Source: Candidatus Doudnabacteria bacterium RIFCSPHIGHO2_01_FULL_46_14
Lineage (GTDB): Bacteria; Patescibacteriota; Doudnabacteria; UBA920; 2-01-FULL-46-14
DNA length: 57,506 nucleotides
Assembly (NCBI GenBank): GCA_001779925.1
Contig: MFEK01000006.1
Coordinates: 80,407 to 137,912, forward strand
Direction: 5' to 3'
Positions 9,883-19,329 of this stretch are shown here, piece after piece; the stretch's first letter is position 1; each line of letters begins with the position of its first letter. The notes below the pieces were generated by a model. The model had not been told where the DNA came from and searched no databases. It saw only the letters and a list, made by a program, of their open reading frames with translations. The position numbers were made by a program, and so were the translations under genes.

Positions 9883-10431
9883 TTAATGGCACCAATTGAC
9901 TTTAACGCAGTAGTAAGGATCATTACAGCCTCCATCACCTGCGCTATAATGATCACCGTCAGCATCGCTTTGTAAGGCGGGATGATTGGTTTCAAGCTGG
10001 GCCCACAGAATATACATCTGATCATTACACCATGCCCATCCGGTCTTGTAGGTTGTACTGTTATCATCCACGTCAGGAGTAGGGTTTAGAGGATCATCCG
10101 GCACTTTTGATAGTGCTGCTTGATAACCGGAAATATCACTCCCGTCTCCCGCCCATTCCTGGCAATCAACTCCGGTCAAAAGGCAGGTCTTGAACTTGAG
10201 CCAATGGCCTTCCCAGGAGGGGGAGCCTCCTGTCCTCGGATAGCGACCGTAGTTATCGTAGAATAGCTCAAGCGCAGTACTGATTTGCCTAAGGTCGGCA
10301 ATTCGTTTTGTATCCCTAGCTTTAGCCCGAACGGAATTTAAAGCTACCAAAATCACGCTTGCCAAAAGCCCGATTACGGAAATGACGACAAGGAGTTCAA
10401 TAAGGGTGAACCCCTTATTCAATTTTGACAT
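9883..10431 (-). CDS. type IV pilin-like protein
   Basis: MSKLNKGFTLIELLVVISVIGLLASVIL... is a prepilin leader plus hydrophobic helix. Confidence 0.8.
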   Translation of the reverse strand: MSKLNKGFTLIELLVVISVIGLLASVILVALNSVRAKARDTKRIADLRQISTALELFYDNYGRYPRTGGSPSWEGHWLKFKTCLLTGVDCQEWAGDGSDISGYQAALSKVPDDPLNPTPDVDDNSTTYKTGWAWCNDQMYILWAQLETNHPALQSDADGDHYSAGDGGCNDPYYCVKVNWCH

Positions 10432-10437
10432 AGTTTT

Positions 10438-12102
10438 TTATTTCGATTGTTTTATTGCCGCTTTGATGAAGCCGTCAAACAATGCTTGCGGTTTCCAAGG
10501 GCGGCTGTTGAACTCCGGGTGGAACTGAACTCCCAAAAACCACGGGTGCTGTTTACGGTCGAGTTCGGAGATTTCTACAAGGTCTTTTTTCTGGTAGATT
10601 CCTGAGAAAATCATTCCTCTATTTTCGAGCTCTTTTCGGAATTTATTGTTGACCTCATAACGATGTCTGTGTCTCTCAATCACCCTATCGGTTTTGTAAG
10701 CATCGAAAGCGAGTGTGCCTTTTTTTATTCGGCATGGGTAATCGCCCAACCGCATGGTCGCGCCGAAATTTTTGTCAGCTAGATTCTTTTTTTGTTCAAC
10801 CATGACGTCGATGAGCGGGTATTTGGTATTGCGGTCAACCTCAGTGCTGTTCGCATCCTGCATTTTTGCCACATTTCTGGCAAATTCCACAACAGCCAGC
10901 TGCATACCATAGCACAATCCAAAGTATGGAATTTTCTTTTCTCTGGCAAATTTGATTGCGGCCATTATCCCTTCTACTCCCCTGCCTCCAAACCCACCCG
11001 GTACTAGGATGCCATCCATTTTTGCGAGCCTTGAAATGCTGCCAGGGCTTTTTTCAAAATCCTCGGAGTTGATCCAATGCAGTTTCGGTACGCGGTTATT
11101 TGCCCAAGCTGCGTGTCTCAGGGATTCAACTACGGAGATGTAGGAATCGGCCAGAGTGTAGTCCCCGGTCGCGAAATATTTTCCCACAACTGCGATATTC
11201 AGGGGAATTTTTGCGTTTCTGATTTTGCGTACCAAAGTCTTCCATTCCTGCATGTTCTGTTTTCTGGGGCGCATGCTGAATTTTTCCAAGATTTTGTCCC
11301 CGAGGCCGTCCTTTTCCATTATAAGCGGGACTTCATAAATAGATTGAGCGTCCGGAGCAGAGATCACATCACCCGGGGACACGCTGCAGAGCAGGGAAAG
11401 TTTTTGTTTGCGTTTTTCATCCATCGGCAGTTCGGACCGGCCAATGATGAAATCCGGCTGGATGCCAGCGGAGTTTAACGTTCGCACCGCGTACTGTGTG
11501 GGCTTGGTTTTCATTTCCCCTACCGTTTTTGGGACCGGCAGGTAGCTGACTAGCGCAAATTGCACGCGGCCGGGGTTTTGGAGCTTGAGCATACGGCCCG
11601 CTTCAAGGAACAGCACGTTTTGGTACTCGCCGACAGTGCCGCCGATTTCTATAATGACAAAATCCGGACTTCCTTTCCTGGCAATAACGTTAATGCGCCG
11701 AATGATTTCATTGGGAATGTCAGGCACCACCTCAACATCTTCACCTTTGTATTCTAGGTTTCTTTCCCTCCTGATTACCTCCTGATAAATTTGACCGGTT
11801 GTAACATAGTTGTCTTTGGTAGATAGATTACCGGTGAAACGTTCATAGTTGCCCAGGTCCTGGTCAGCTTCGATTCCATCACTGCCCACGAAAACCTCGC
11901 CATGTTCCGTCGGACGCATGGTACCGGCGTCAATATTTACATACATGTCGCATTTGATCAGTCCGACCCGGAAGCCTTTAGAAATCAAAATACGGCCGAT
12001 AGAGGCCGTAGTTACACCTTTGCCAACCGAGGACATTACACCACCGATGACAAAAATGTATCGGGTTGATTTTGTCTGGTTTTTTTTGGATTTGGGCATC
12101 AA
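10438..12102 (-). CDS. pyrG: CTP synthase
   Basis: 554 aa with the synthetase N-domain [10 protein letters not shown], GATase catalytic Cys FGLCYGMQ and GVQFHPEF. Confidence 0.95.
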   Translation of the reverse strand: MMPKSKKNQTKSTRYIFVIGGVMSSVGKGVTTASIGRILISKGFRVGLIKCDMYVNIDAGTMRPTEHGEVFVGSDGIEADQDLGNYERFTGNLSTKDNYVTTGQIYQEVIRRERNLEYKGEDVEVVPDIPNEIIRRINVIARKGSPDFVIIEIGGTVGEYQNVLFLEAGRMLKLQNPGRVQFALVSYLPVPKTVGEMKTKPTQYAVRTLNSAGIQPDFIIGRSELPMDEKRKQKLSLLCSVSPGDVISAPDAQSIYEVPLIMEKDGLGDKILEKFSMRPRKQNMQEWKTLVRKIRNAKIPLNIAVVGKYFATGDYTLADSYISVVESLRHAAWANNRVPKLHWINSEDFEKSPGSISRLAKMDGILVPGGFGGRGVEGIMAAIKFAREKKIPYFGLCYGMQLAVVEFARNVAKMQDANSTEVDRNTKYPLIDVMVEQKKNLADKNFGATMRLGDYPCRIKKGTLAFDAYKTDRVIERHRHRYEVNNKFRKELENRGMIFSGIYQKKDLVEISELDRKQHPWFLGVQFHPEFNSRPWKPQALFDGFIKAAIKQSK

Positions 12103-12548
12103 TCTTTGGCTTTTACGTAAATTTTAATTTTTTTCGAACCTGCTCTTCCTATCTCCACCATCACCTCGTGTCCGCCTGCGGTTTTAATGGGAGTATAACC
12201 TGGAATTTTCACGCTATTTCTAAATGACGGTTCTCCCTCCATGATTTTAGCGAGGATTTCCGATTCTTTCAAGCCAGCGTACAAATGCCCGTTTTTATCG
12301 CCGGGAAGCTCGAATTCAATGGCTTTACTAGTTGCTCTTTCCAGAAACCTTCGGGCACTCTTTTGCCAGCGAGCGGTTTGCTCTTCAGATCTTTCCATTT
12401 CCGCCTTTCTGGATTTTAGAGCTTCGGGGGTCGCTAAAATAGCAAGATCATGTGGGATTAAAAAATTGCGGGCGTAACCCTCGGAGACATTCACAACATC
12501 ACCACCACGCCCAAATTTTTTTACGTCTTTTGTTAATATGACCTTCAT
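12099..12548 (-). CDS. rplI: 50S ribosomal protein L9
   Basis: [32 protein letters not shown] is the L9 N-domain. It overlaps pyrG by 4 nt. Confidence 0.85.
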   Translation of the reverse strand: MKVILTKDVKKFGRGGDVVNVSEGYARNFLIPHDLAILATPEALKSRKAEMERSEEQTARWQKSARRFLERATSKAIEFELPGDKNGHLYAGLKESEILAKIMEGEPSFRNSVKIPGYTPIKTAGGHEVMVEIGRAGSKKIKIYVKAKD

Positions 12549-12620
12549 TTAGTTATTGGAAATGCTAATATCGTAAATCAAAATAGTCTGTCTAGGGCTG
12601 ATGAAACTAGAATTTTAAGA

Positions 12621-12647
12621 TGTAATTTTGCATTTTGATTTTTAAAC
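12621..12647. repeat. AT-rich 3'-flank cassette (partial copy) directly after the ftsX stop
   Basis: TGTAATTTTGCATTTTGATTTTTAAAC resembles TGTCATTTTCCATTTTGATTTTTTAAT in the cassettes after atpD and atpA. Confidence 0.45.
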
Positions 12648-12648
12648 T

Positions 12649-13563
12649 TCAAATTTTCAAATATCTGCGTATCACAATCGTAGAAGACAGTACTCCCAGC
12701 ATCAAGCCAGTGGCAATGAGCAAAAGAAAGAGGAGCCAAAAATCCATGCCGAGATAATCAAAACGCTGAACTTCGAGTTCTAAGAATCGGGAAATTTTTG
12801 GGGTTAGCACATAAATAATGGGATAAAGAATCGCGGATGTTAGGAGCGAACCGGCAAGGCCGTAAAGGGCACCTTCCACGATAAACGGGCCCCGTATGTA
12901 CCAATTGTTGGCACCGACGAGACGCATTATTTCTATTTCCTCACGCCGGTTATATATGGTGAGTCTGATGGTGTTAAACATCACAATAACGGTAATTACC
13001 CCGAATATCAGCGTAAGACCGAGACCGAGATTCTTTATGCCGTCTGTGATGCGCGACAATCTTTCCACGATGTCGCGTTTGTCAGTGATTTTTTTGACGT
13101 ATGGGGTAAGTTTTTGGTCCTCAAACATGCTGATGATTTGCGGGTAATCATCGAGGGTATTAACGCGAATAGCGAGTGAAGCAGGAAACGGATTCTCCGA
13201 ATCTGTGAACTGTTCCACGGATTCTATGAGCAGGGGTTCGTCTTTATGCAGTTCCTTGAACCTCTCGCGGGCGGTTACCGAAGGGATGAAAGTCACGCCT
13301 CTAACCTGCGGTAGCAATGAAACCTGTTTTTCAATTTGTTTGATTATGCTATCCTCAACATCAAGTTTAAAATACACACTGATGTCAACCTTTTCTTTTA
13401 TGGTTTCCAGCGATATGTTTGTGAGACTACCTAAAATGAGCAGGCTGGATATTATAAAGAGCGTGATAACCATGACTGCGGTGGCTGCCAGAGATAGCCA
13501 AAAATTGCGCGAATAATTAAGCGCCCCGTTCTTGAGTATTCTATAAAAAGTAATTTTGTTCAC
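12649..13563 (-). CDS. ftsX: cell division permease-like protein FtsX
   Basis: 304 aa with one TM helix, an extracytoplasmic domain and 3 C-terminal TM helices, downstream of ftsE. The GTG start is embedded in the repeat GTTCACCCCGTTAGAAATTCCT. Confidence 0.85.
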   Translation of the reverse strand: MNKITFYRILKNGALNYSRNFWLSLAATAVMVITLFIISSLLILGSLTNISLETIKEKVDISVYFKLDVEDSIIKQIEKQVSLLPQVRGVTFIPSVTARERFKELHKDEPLLIESVEQFTDSENPFPASLAIRVNTLDDYPQIISMFEDQKLTPYVKKITDKRDIVERLSRITDGIKNLGLGLTLIFGVITVIVMFNTIRLTIYNRREEIEIMRLVGANNWYIRGPFIVEGALYGLAGSLLTSAILYPIIYVLTPKISRFLELEVQRFDYLGMDFWLLFLLLIATGLMLGVLSSTIVIRRYLKI

Positions 13564-13579
13564 CCCGTTAGAAATTCCT
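13558..13579. repeat. 'CCCCGTTAGAAATT' motif copy at the ftsX start
   Basis: The 22-mer GTTCACCCCGTTAGAAATTCCT is identical to 20354..20375. Confidence 0.8.
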
Positions 13580-13624
13580 TATGGTTAAATATAGACCTTC
13601 TGGTTATTTATTTGCCCTTATCAA

Positions 13625-14305
13625 TTATAATTTGTAACGGCCTTGCGCTTCATCGGAAATTATTTTGCCATGCTCGAGGACAACGACTCGTTTTTTTATC
13701 TTGTCCACCAGTTCCTTGGCATGGGTAGCAAGAACAATCGTGGTTCCCATTTCATTGATTTTACGCAAAAGCGTTAAAATTTCCAGAGCGTTAACGTTGT
13801 CCAGGTTGCCCGTTGGCTCGTCAGCCAGCAGCAGGAGAGGCCGGTGCGCGAGCGCACGGGCAATGGCAACTCTTTGTTTTTCTCCGCCTGAGAGCTGGTC
13901 AGGAAACGCTGCTGCCTTTGATTCCAAACCGACAAGCCCAAGAAACTGCGGTACCTCTACTTCGATCTGCGCTCTAGGCATACCATCAACCTCCATTGCG
14001 TAAGCGACATTTTCGAAGGCTGTCCTGGTGGTCAAAAGTTTTATATCCTGAAAAACCACGCCAATCTTGCGGCGCAAGTAAGGTATATCTTTAGAGGCGA
14101 TTTTGGAAATGTCAATTCCTTCGATGAATATCGTTCCACCGGAGGGAATGTCCTCGCGGATAATCAGCTTGAGAAGTGTGGATTTGCCCGCGCCGCTTTT
14201 TCCGACGATAGAAATAAAATCACCTTGAATGATCTCGAAATCAAGATCATCTATTGCGATGGTGTTGTTCGGATAAGTTTTGGTTACATGGTCAAAATGA
14301 ATCAT
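13625..14305 (-). CDS. ftsE: cell division ATP-binding protein FtsE
   Basis: Walker [13 protein letters not shown] signature LSGGEKQR, Walker B LLLADEPT. Confidence 0.9.
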   Translation of the reverse strand: MIHFDHVTKTYPNNTIAIDDLDFEIIQGDFISIVGKSGAGKSTLLKLIIREDIPSGGTIFIEGIDISKIASKDIPYLRRKIGVVFQDIKLLTTRTAFENVAYAMEVDGMPRAQIEVEVPQFLGLVGLESKAAAFPDQLSGGEKQRVAIARALAHRPLLLLADEPTGNLDNVNALEILTLLRKINEMGTTIVLATHAKELVDKIKKRVVVLEHGKIISDEAQGRYKL

Positions 14306-14361
14306 TGTTTAGCTTGTAGGAATTAGGTTGTAGCTTGTAGAAATTGTCTACAAGCTACCAG

Positions 14362-15481
14362 CTACGACCTACTTTCCAAATACTTTTCAATAAACTCATC
14401 AAGCTCTCCGTTCAGAATATCATCTATATTGCTCGTCTCAAAATCTGTCCTGTGATCTTTCACTAGCTGATAAGGGTGCATAGTGTAGCTTCTGATTTGA
14501 TTGCCCCATTCTGCGCTCTTGTATTCGCCTCTCAGCTCCAGTTTTGCTGCGATTTGTTTTTCTTCTTCCAGCTTTTTGAGTTTGGCGGTGAGAATTTTCA
14601 TGGCCTGCTCTTTGTTCTGGGTTTGGCTGCGCTCGTTTTGGATCGAAACAGTGATTCCGCTCGGGATATGCGTGAGGCGTACAGCAGAGTAGGTAGTGTT
14701 TACAGACTGCCCGCCATGGCCAGATGCGGTTTTGGCTTCAAATTTGATGTCTTTAGGATCAATTTTGAACTCCTCCTCTCGCTCTAGCACAGGAAGTATT
14801 TCCACAAGTGCAAACGAAGTTTCTCTGGTGTGTGCCGGGTTGAACGGGGATAGTCGAATGAGACGATGCACCCCTGCCTCGCTTTTGAGGTAACCGTAGG
14901 CATAGTCACCGTGCGCCTCAAATGTCGCGCTCTTAATGCCGCCTTCCGGATTGCGGTTGTTGTCAATGAGAATTGTCTTGAATCCCCGCTTTTCCGCGAA
15001 CCTCAAATACATTCGAAGCAGGATTTCTGCCCAGTCCTGCGCGTCCAAACCGCCTGCCCCAGAGTGTATCGAGACTATAGCGTCATGGTCATCGTATTTA
15101 TCACTGAAAAAGGTGCTAACCCGTGTCTGCTCGTAACGGCGCTTTAAATCCTCATATATGCTTTCTAGCTCACTCCCTGTATTTTTTCCCTCCCCTTGAG
15201 GGGGAGGGTTAGGGAGGGGTGAACTCAATTTTACCAATTCCTCAAGCTCGACAACATCTTTCTCGAGTTTTTCCCAAAACTCCACCTGATTTTTTAAACC
15301 GGCAAGTTTTTTACTGACCTCCTGCGCGTTTCTGTTATCCTTCCAGAAATCCGCTTGACCAACCTGATCTTCTAATTCAAGAATTTTCTGTTTTTTTTGA
15401 GCAAGCTCAAAGATGCCCCCGTAAATCCTCGATTGAGGATTTTAGTTGTACTATACGATTTGATAGCCTTACCTCATTCAT
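14362..15481 (-). CDS. prfB: peptide chain release factor 2, with programmed +1 ribosomal frameshift
   Basis: Frame-0 leader MNEVRLSNRIVQLKSSIEDLRGHL runs from ATG 15481 and ends at CTT TGA (15412..15407), preceded by GGGGG (15420..15416). The +1 frame continues ELAQKKQKIL... into the track ORF. SPF and GGQ motifs are present. Confidence 0.9.
15188..15221. repeat. 34-nt GC-rich palindromic element inserted in frame in prfB
   Basis: Plus strand CCCTCCCCTTGAGGGGGAGGGTTAGGGAGGGGTG, translated SPLPNPPPQGEG. Its reverse complement matches 50049..50082 at 31 of 34 nt. Confidence 0.8.
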
Positions 15482-15496
15482 GCATAAATCATAGCA

Positions 15497-15532
15497 GAAA
15501 AATGCCAAACTCGCGAATTTGCGAGTTTGGCA
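15497..15532 (-). terminator. intrinsic terminator after folA
   Basis: Perfect 12-bp stem TGCCAAACTCGC / GCGAGTTTGGCA, followed on the minus strand by ATTTTT. Confidence 0.65.
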
Positions 15533-15538
15533 GTCTAA

Positions 15539-16015
15539 TTATTTACGACGGTAAATCGCGAATGAAAAATTTTCATGTTTTTCTTCTTCTGTCTTCTGCC
15601 ACTTGTCAAAATCGATCTTTGGGAAAAAAGAATCGCCTTTCGATTCAAACTCCACGTGGGTGATGTACATGAGCTCGGCCAGACCGATTGTCTGTTCGAA
15701 AATCTGCCCACCGCCGATTATAAACAGTTCTTTGTCCTGGTAATCAGCAATAGCTTTTTTCAAGTCATTGTATATAATCACTCCTGCGGGGACTTTATAA
15801 TCAGGGTCCTTGGTAATAACAATATTTAACCGATTTGGCAAAGGCTTTCCTAGCCTGCGCATTATAGATTCAAAAGTTTTTCTGCCCATCAGGCAAATTT
15901 TCCCGGTCGTGATCTGACGAAAGTGTTTCAGGTCTTCCGGCAAATACCAGGGAAGATCGTTTTCACTGCCAATAACCCAATTTTTAGCTATAGCAACCGG
16001 ACCTAAAATAATCAT
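15539..16015 (-). CDS. folA: dihydrofolate reductase
   Basis: 158 aa. VAIAKNWVIGSENDLPWYLPEDLKHFRQITTGK..LMGRKTFESI is canonical DHFR. Confidence 0.9.
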   Translation of the reverse strand: MIILGPVAIAKNWVIGSENDLPWYLPEDLKHFRQITTGKICLMGRKTFESIMRRLGKPLPNRLNIVITKDPDYKVPAGVIIYNDLKKAIADYQDKELFIIGGGQIFEQTIGLAELMYITHVEFESKGDSFFPKIDFDKWQKTEEEKHENFSFAIYRRK

Positions 16016-16605
16016 TATTTTATTATTTTATCAACCTCTAGCCAGATATCCTCCGCGACCTTTTCCTTGTCCTGATTAGCGTTTACGGTTTCCCAGCCAA
16101 ATTGCTTTGCCAGGGTACGGTGCGTGGCATCAACCTTGTGCATGAATTCCTCATCTGTTTCGTGCAAATGATTTTTTTCAGTGGCAGACCGAAACCTTTC
16201 CCCAACGAGCAGAATAGCCAAATCTTCGAACATAAACTGTTTATTGAGTACCAACAAAAAATCCTTATCAACCCCGGCCCCCATCCCCCATGCAACGCCA
16301 GTGCCCCAGTAATCTTCGGCCACAATATCGATCCCGGATTCCAGATCAGCTTTCAGCGTCGTTTCGTACTGCGCTCGGTTTTCCGCGTAGATTTTTTGCG
16401 CGTCTTCAGCTGAGAGTTTTTCCGGGTTACCATGACGCAAGTATGCATTAAGTCTTTTACCTGAATGTCCCAGATCGTAAACAGGGTATTTTAAATATTT
16501 CGCCTTGCGGCCGATCAAATTTAATTTCTCAACCAACAGTCTTGCTTGCGTTGTTTTGCCAAGGTTGTTTACTCCGTAGAGCACTATAAGTTTTCCATTG
16601 GCCAT
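16015..16605 (-). CDS. thymidylate kinase-like dNMP kinase
   Basis: P-loop GVNNLGKTTQ and a Tmk-like EDYWGTGVAWGMG segment. The ATG at 16605 (MANGK) fits better than 16662, which overlaps the upstream gene. Confidence 0.6.
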   Translation of the reverse strand: MANGKLIVLYGVNNLGKTTQARLLVEKLNLIGRKAKYLKYPVYDLGHSGKRLNAYLRHGNPEKLSAEDAQKIYAENRAQYETTLKADLESGIDIVAEDYWGTGVAWGMGAGVDKDFLLVLNKQFMFEDLAILLVGERFRSATEKNHLHETDEEFMHKVDATHRTLAKQFGWETVNANQDKEKVAEDIWLEVDKIIK

Positions 16606-16616
16606 AGCTACCTTTT

Positions 16617-16862
16617 TTATCTTCCCGCAACGCCCGCGACCGTTAGATAACCGACAATGCATGTGGCTATGACAATCACGATGACTACCTTGTTTATCTT
16701 AAGCTTGCCCATAACCGTCTCCAGGATCAGGATCAGACCAAAGAAGCCGATTTCCAGAACAACAGGGCCGCTTAGTACGTATTTAATACCCATTTGCCTG
16801 GCCAGGAATCCAAGGTGCACGATAAGGAGAAGAAGAATTATGATATTGAGCTTTTTGATCAT
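16617..16862 (-). CDS. small hydrophobic membrane protein
   Basis: 81 aa with 2-3 predicted TM helices. Same strand as its neighbours. Confidence 0.5.
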   Translation of the reverse strand: MIKKLNIIILLLLIVHLGFLARQMGIKYVLSGPVVLEIGFFGLILILETVMGKLKINKVVIVIVIATCIVGYLTVAGVAGR

Positions 16863-16910
16863 GACTTTGATTTTAATTTTATTATTAGTTCAAGCTTACC
16901 ATAAGAGAGA

Positions 16911-17195
16911 TTATTTCGTAAGCATGCCAACGAGGGCTATGACCAAGAAAGGCGATGGCAGCATGCACACCCCGAGAATAGACCAATGCTTGCCTTCCAT
17001 GTCTTTGGCATGTGCGATGATGCTGATGACCAAGCATGCGGACATGCTGGCCATGCTTAGCAGAATCGCGCCAATAACCAATATCCAATTTTTACTTATA
17101 CTTGAGGGAAGCGCTGTAAAAGCCAAAGCCACGACAGACGGAAGCATTGCAGCCATCAGACCAACTATGCCCCAGTTTATTTTTTTTTCGGACAT
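16911..17195 (-). CDS. small hydrophobic membrane protein
   Basis: 94 aa with 3 hydrophobic segments and a GGAG Shine-Dalgarno about 10 nt upstream. Confidence 0.5.
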   Translation of the reverse strand: MSEKKINWGIVGLMAAMLPSVVALAFTALPSSISKNWILVIGAILLSMASMSACLVISIIAHAKDMEGKHWSILGVCMLPSPFLVIALVGMLTK

Positions 17196-17268
17196 TTTAT
17201 TTTTACTCCGGCAAGACTTTAATTAAGTAAAGATTACCAGAAATCGCGCGCAGGTACAATCTAGGATT

Positions 17269-17916
17269 TTAAAGGGGGTTTTCGGATAGTGGAAATCGTT
17301 TTTTCAGCTCCTCGATATCGCCTTTGGCAATGAGCTCGTTTTCCGGCGAGGAGCCTTCGCCGATTACGCCGGCGATCACGTCCTTTTTATGGTAGCGGCT
17401 GAGCTTTGGCTCAACGCTCTCTGCAAGTTCTTCAAAAACCAGCTGGCAGAATCTCTCCCCGGGGTACAGCTTTACCACCTGTCCTCCTGTGTTATTGCGC
17501 ACCGGAATAATAAGCTGGCCTTCATAGCCCGCATCAACGATGCCGCTTAGATCCACGGACAAGCCTTTGCGGTTTGTCGAAGATCGCGGATACAGCACGG
17601 CCATCAAATCGTTTGGCAGCTTTACGGTTTCGAGAGTGGAAACGAGAATATGTTCGTGGGGCAGGATTTCAAAATGCTGGCCTCGCTCAAGCTCGATTAC
17701 TTCAAAATATTTCGGCCGATCCTGGCTTAAATAGTCCAAACTCAGGGCTTGCCGTCCTGCGGCAGTCACGTGGGAAACTTTAGGCACCATAAACGTATAA
17801 CCCAGGCGCAGATCAATAGAGTGAGATTGCAGCTGAAATTCGTCCAACCCCGGGGAGAACGACAGTCCCCCCTCCTTGATTCGCTTCATTATTTGTTTTT
17901 TTACCAGTATTGCCAT
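17269..17916 (-). CDS. dcd: dCTP deaminase/dUTPase-family protein (Dcd-like; catalytic Glu apparently absent)
   Basis: PRSSTNRKG and GIVDAGYEGQLIIPVRN...GERFCQLVF are Dcd/dUTPase trimer-fold motifs. See the finding on the Glu->Pro position. Confidence 0.75.
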   Translation of the reverse strand: MAILVKKQIMKRIKEGGLSFSPGLDEFQLQSHSIDLRLGYTFMVPKVSHVTAAGRQALSLDYLSQDRPKYFEVIELERGQHFEILPHEHILVSTLETVKLPNDLMAVLYPRSSTNRKGLSVDLSGIVDAGYEGQLIIPVRNNTGGQVVKLYPGERFCQLVFEELAESVEPKLSRYHKKDVIAGVIGEGSSPENELIAKGDIEELKKRFPLSENPL

Positions 17917-17924
17917 TTGTAAAT

Positions 17925-18761
17925 TTATAAAACTATTTTTAATCCTTTAATCGCTTCTCCGGGATTATAACCTTGAGAAAGACTTTGCGCAATTTCCGCG
18001 ACTAGGATTTTATCGCCTCTTTCTGCGCGCTCAAAACTATTATTCGGAAGAGTTAGGATGACTGGCTGCTGCTCTATGGATCTGCCCAAGAGTTCCTGAG
18101 CGGCCTCATAATGTATATCGTAAATGTGGGCGTTAGAAATTGAATGTGAATAAATGCCCGGCCTCATTTCCAACTTCTGCGCCAGAATGCACTGTAGTAG
18201 AGCGAATCCGGCGACATCATGCGGGAAACCGAGGATCATATCATTCGATCTAACAATGTTATGCATGTGCAACCGCCCGCCGATTATGTTTACCGTGAAT
18301 GTATACGGGCAAGGCACGTTCTTTTTACCGATGCCACCGAGTCCGTCACTGCCCGGATCCCAGGTAACTACCACGCCGTGTCTAGAGCTCGGGTCTTTCT
18401 TTAAAAGCTCAATTAGCAACCTTAGTTGGTCTCGTCCGAAATGCGTACGCCAGCGATAGCCGTAAGCTACGGTCACCACGTCTCCAGGATTGGTAAAATC
18501 ATCCCAGATATGCGTGAATTCACGGAGGAAATCAGCAGGCTTCCTCGAACCCATTATATACCAGACCTGCTCTGCGACAAAGAGTTTTATGGGTATCTTT
18601 CGAAGGGAAAGGAGTGGAAATCCGTCCTTTTCAAGGTCAATGTTAAAATGCATTCCTGGAACAGCTACAGTCTCATGTCCGGTCCTGCCATTGACCTCAC
18701 GGATGCCTTCCCGCATGATTTTCCCGATCAAATCTTGATAAATTTTGTCATACATAGTCAT
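17925..18761 (-). CDS. thyA: thymidylate synthase (ThyA)-family pyrimidine C5-transferase, possibly dCMP-specific
   Basis: ThyA motifs are present: DGFPLL, YGYRWR, DPSSRH, catalytic Cys in VPCPYTF, RSND..LGFPHD and AHIY. Confidence 0.8.
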   Translation of the reverse strand: MTMYDKIYQDLIGKIMREGIREVNGRTGHETVAVPGMHFNIDLEKDGFPLLSLRKIPIKLFVAEQVWYIMGSRKPADFLREFTHIWDDFTNPGDVVTVAYGYRWRTHFGRDQLRLLIELLKKDPSSRHGVVVTWDPGSDGLGGIGKKNVPCPYTFTVNIIGGRLHMHNIVRSNDMILGFPHDVAGFALLQCILAQKLEMRPGIYSHSISNAHIYDIHYEAAQELLGRSIEQQPVILTLPNNSFERAERGDKILVAEIAQSLSQGYNPGEAIKGLKIVL

Positions 18762-18800
18762 TAGATTTTAGTGTATAATATAATCATTAAAAATCAAAGC

Positions 18801-19277
18801 ATGGCTATCCACTACCCTTACCTTCCAAAAAATTGGCAAATTCTCTACGTCCCAGAAGATAACCCGTTCATGCTGGCCGCGCGGGAAAAAGCCCTCAAGG
18901 AATCAAAAGATAAAAGCGTGCAAACCGGCAGCGTTATGGTAAAAGATGGGGTAATCATCGGCACTGGAGCTAACGGGAGTGATTTTCACAACAACAACGA
19001 ATGCGTCCGGGTCAAACTAAAAATTCCGACCGGGCAGGGATATGAGCTCTGTGAAGGCTGTCATCCGAAAAATCATAGCGAACCAAAAGCAATAAAGGAC
19101 GCACAGGATCACGGATTTGATACCCAAGGCGCCGATCTCTATCTATGGGGACATTGGTGGTGTTGCGAGCCATGCTGGAATGCGATGATCGAGGCCGGAA
19201 TAAAAAATGTCTATCTTCTGGAGGACAGTGAATTTCTTTTCAGCAAAAGCGACCCGAGAAATATTCTTCCTAAATAA
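18801..19277 (+). CDS. dCMP deaminase (ComEB/CDA zinc-dependent family)
   Basis: Zinc motifs HSEPKAI and CEPCWNAM. ATG 18801 (MAIHYPY) is preferred over GTG 18771, which lies in a TATAAT box. Confidence 0.8.
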   Translation: MAIHYPYLPKNWQILYVPEDNPFMLAAREKALKESKDKSVQTGSVMVKDGVIIGTGANGSDFHNNNECVRVKLKIPTGQGYELCEGCHPKNHSEPKAIKDAQDHGFDTQGADLYLWGHWWCCEPCWNAMIEAGIKNVYLLEDSEFLFSKSDPRNILPK

Positions 19278-19280
19278 CCA

Positions 19281-19308
19281 AAACACCTCAACCGCGGTTG
19301 AGGTGTTT
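19281..19308. terminator. bidirectional terminator between dCMP deaminase and rplA
   Basis: Perfect 28-nt palindrome AAACACCTCAACCG/CGGTTGAGGTGTTT. Confidence 0.7.
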
Positions 19309-19329
19309 AATTTACAACTCTACAACTTA

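Noticed and set aside
16657-17226. 189-aa plus-strand ORF
   Set aside because: It is antisense to two hydrophobic minus-strand ORFs that fit the operon orientation. The peptide is low-complexity (runs of I/L/R/T) and it has no SD.
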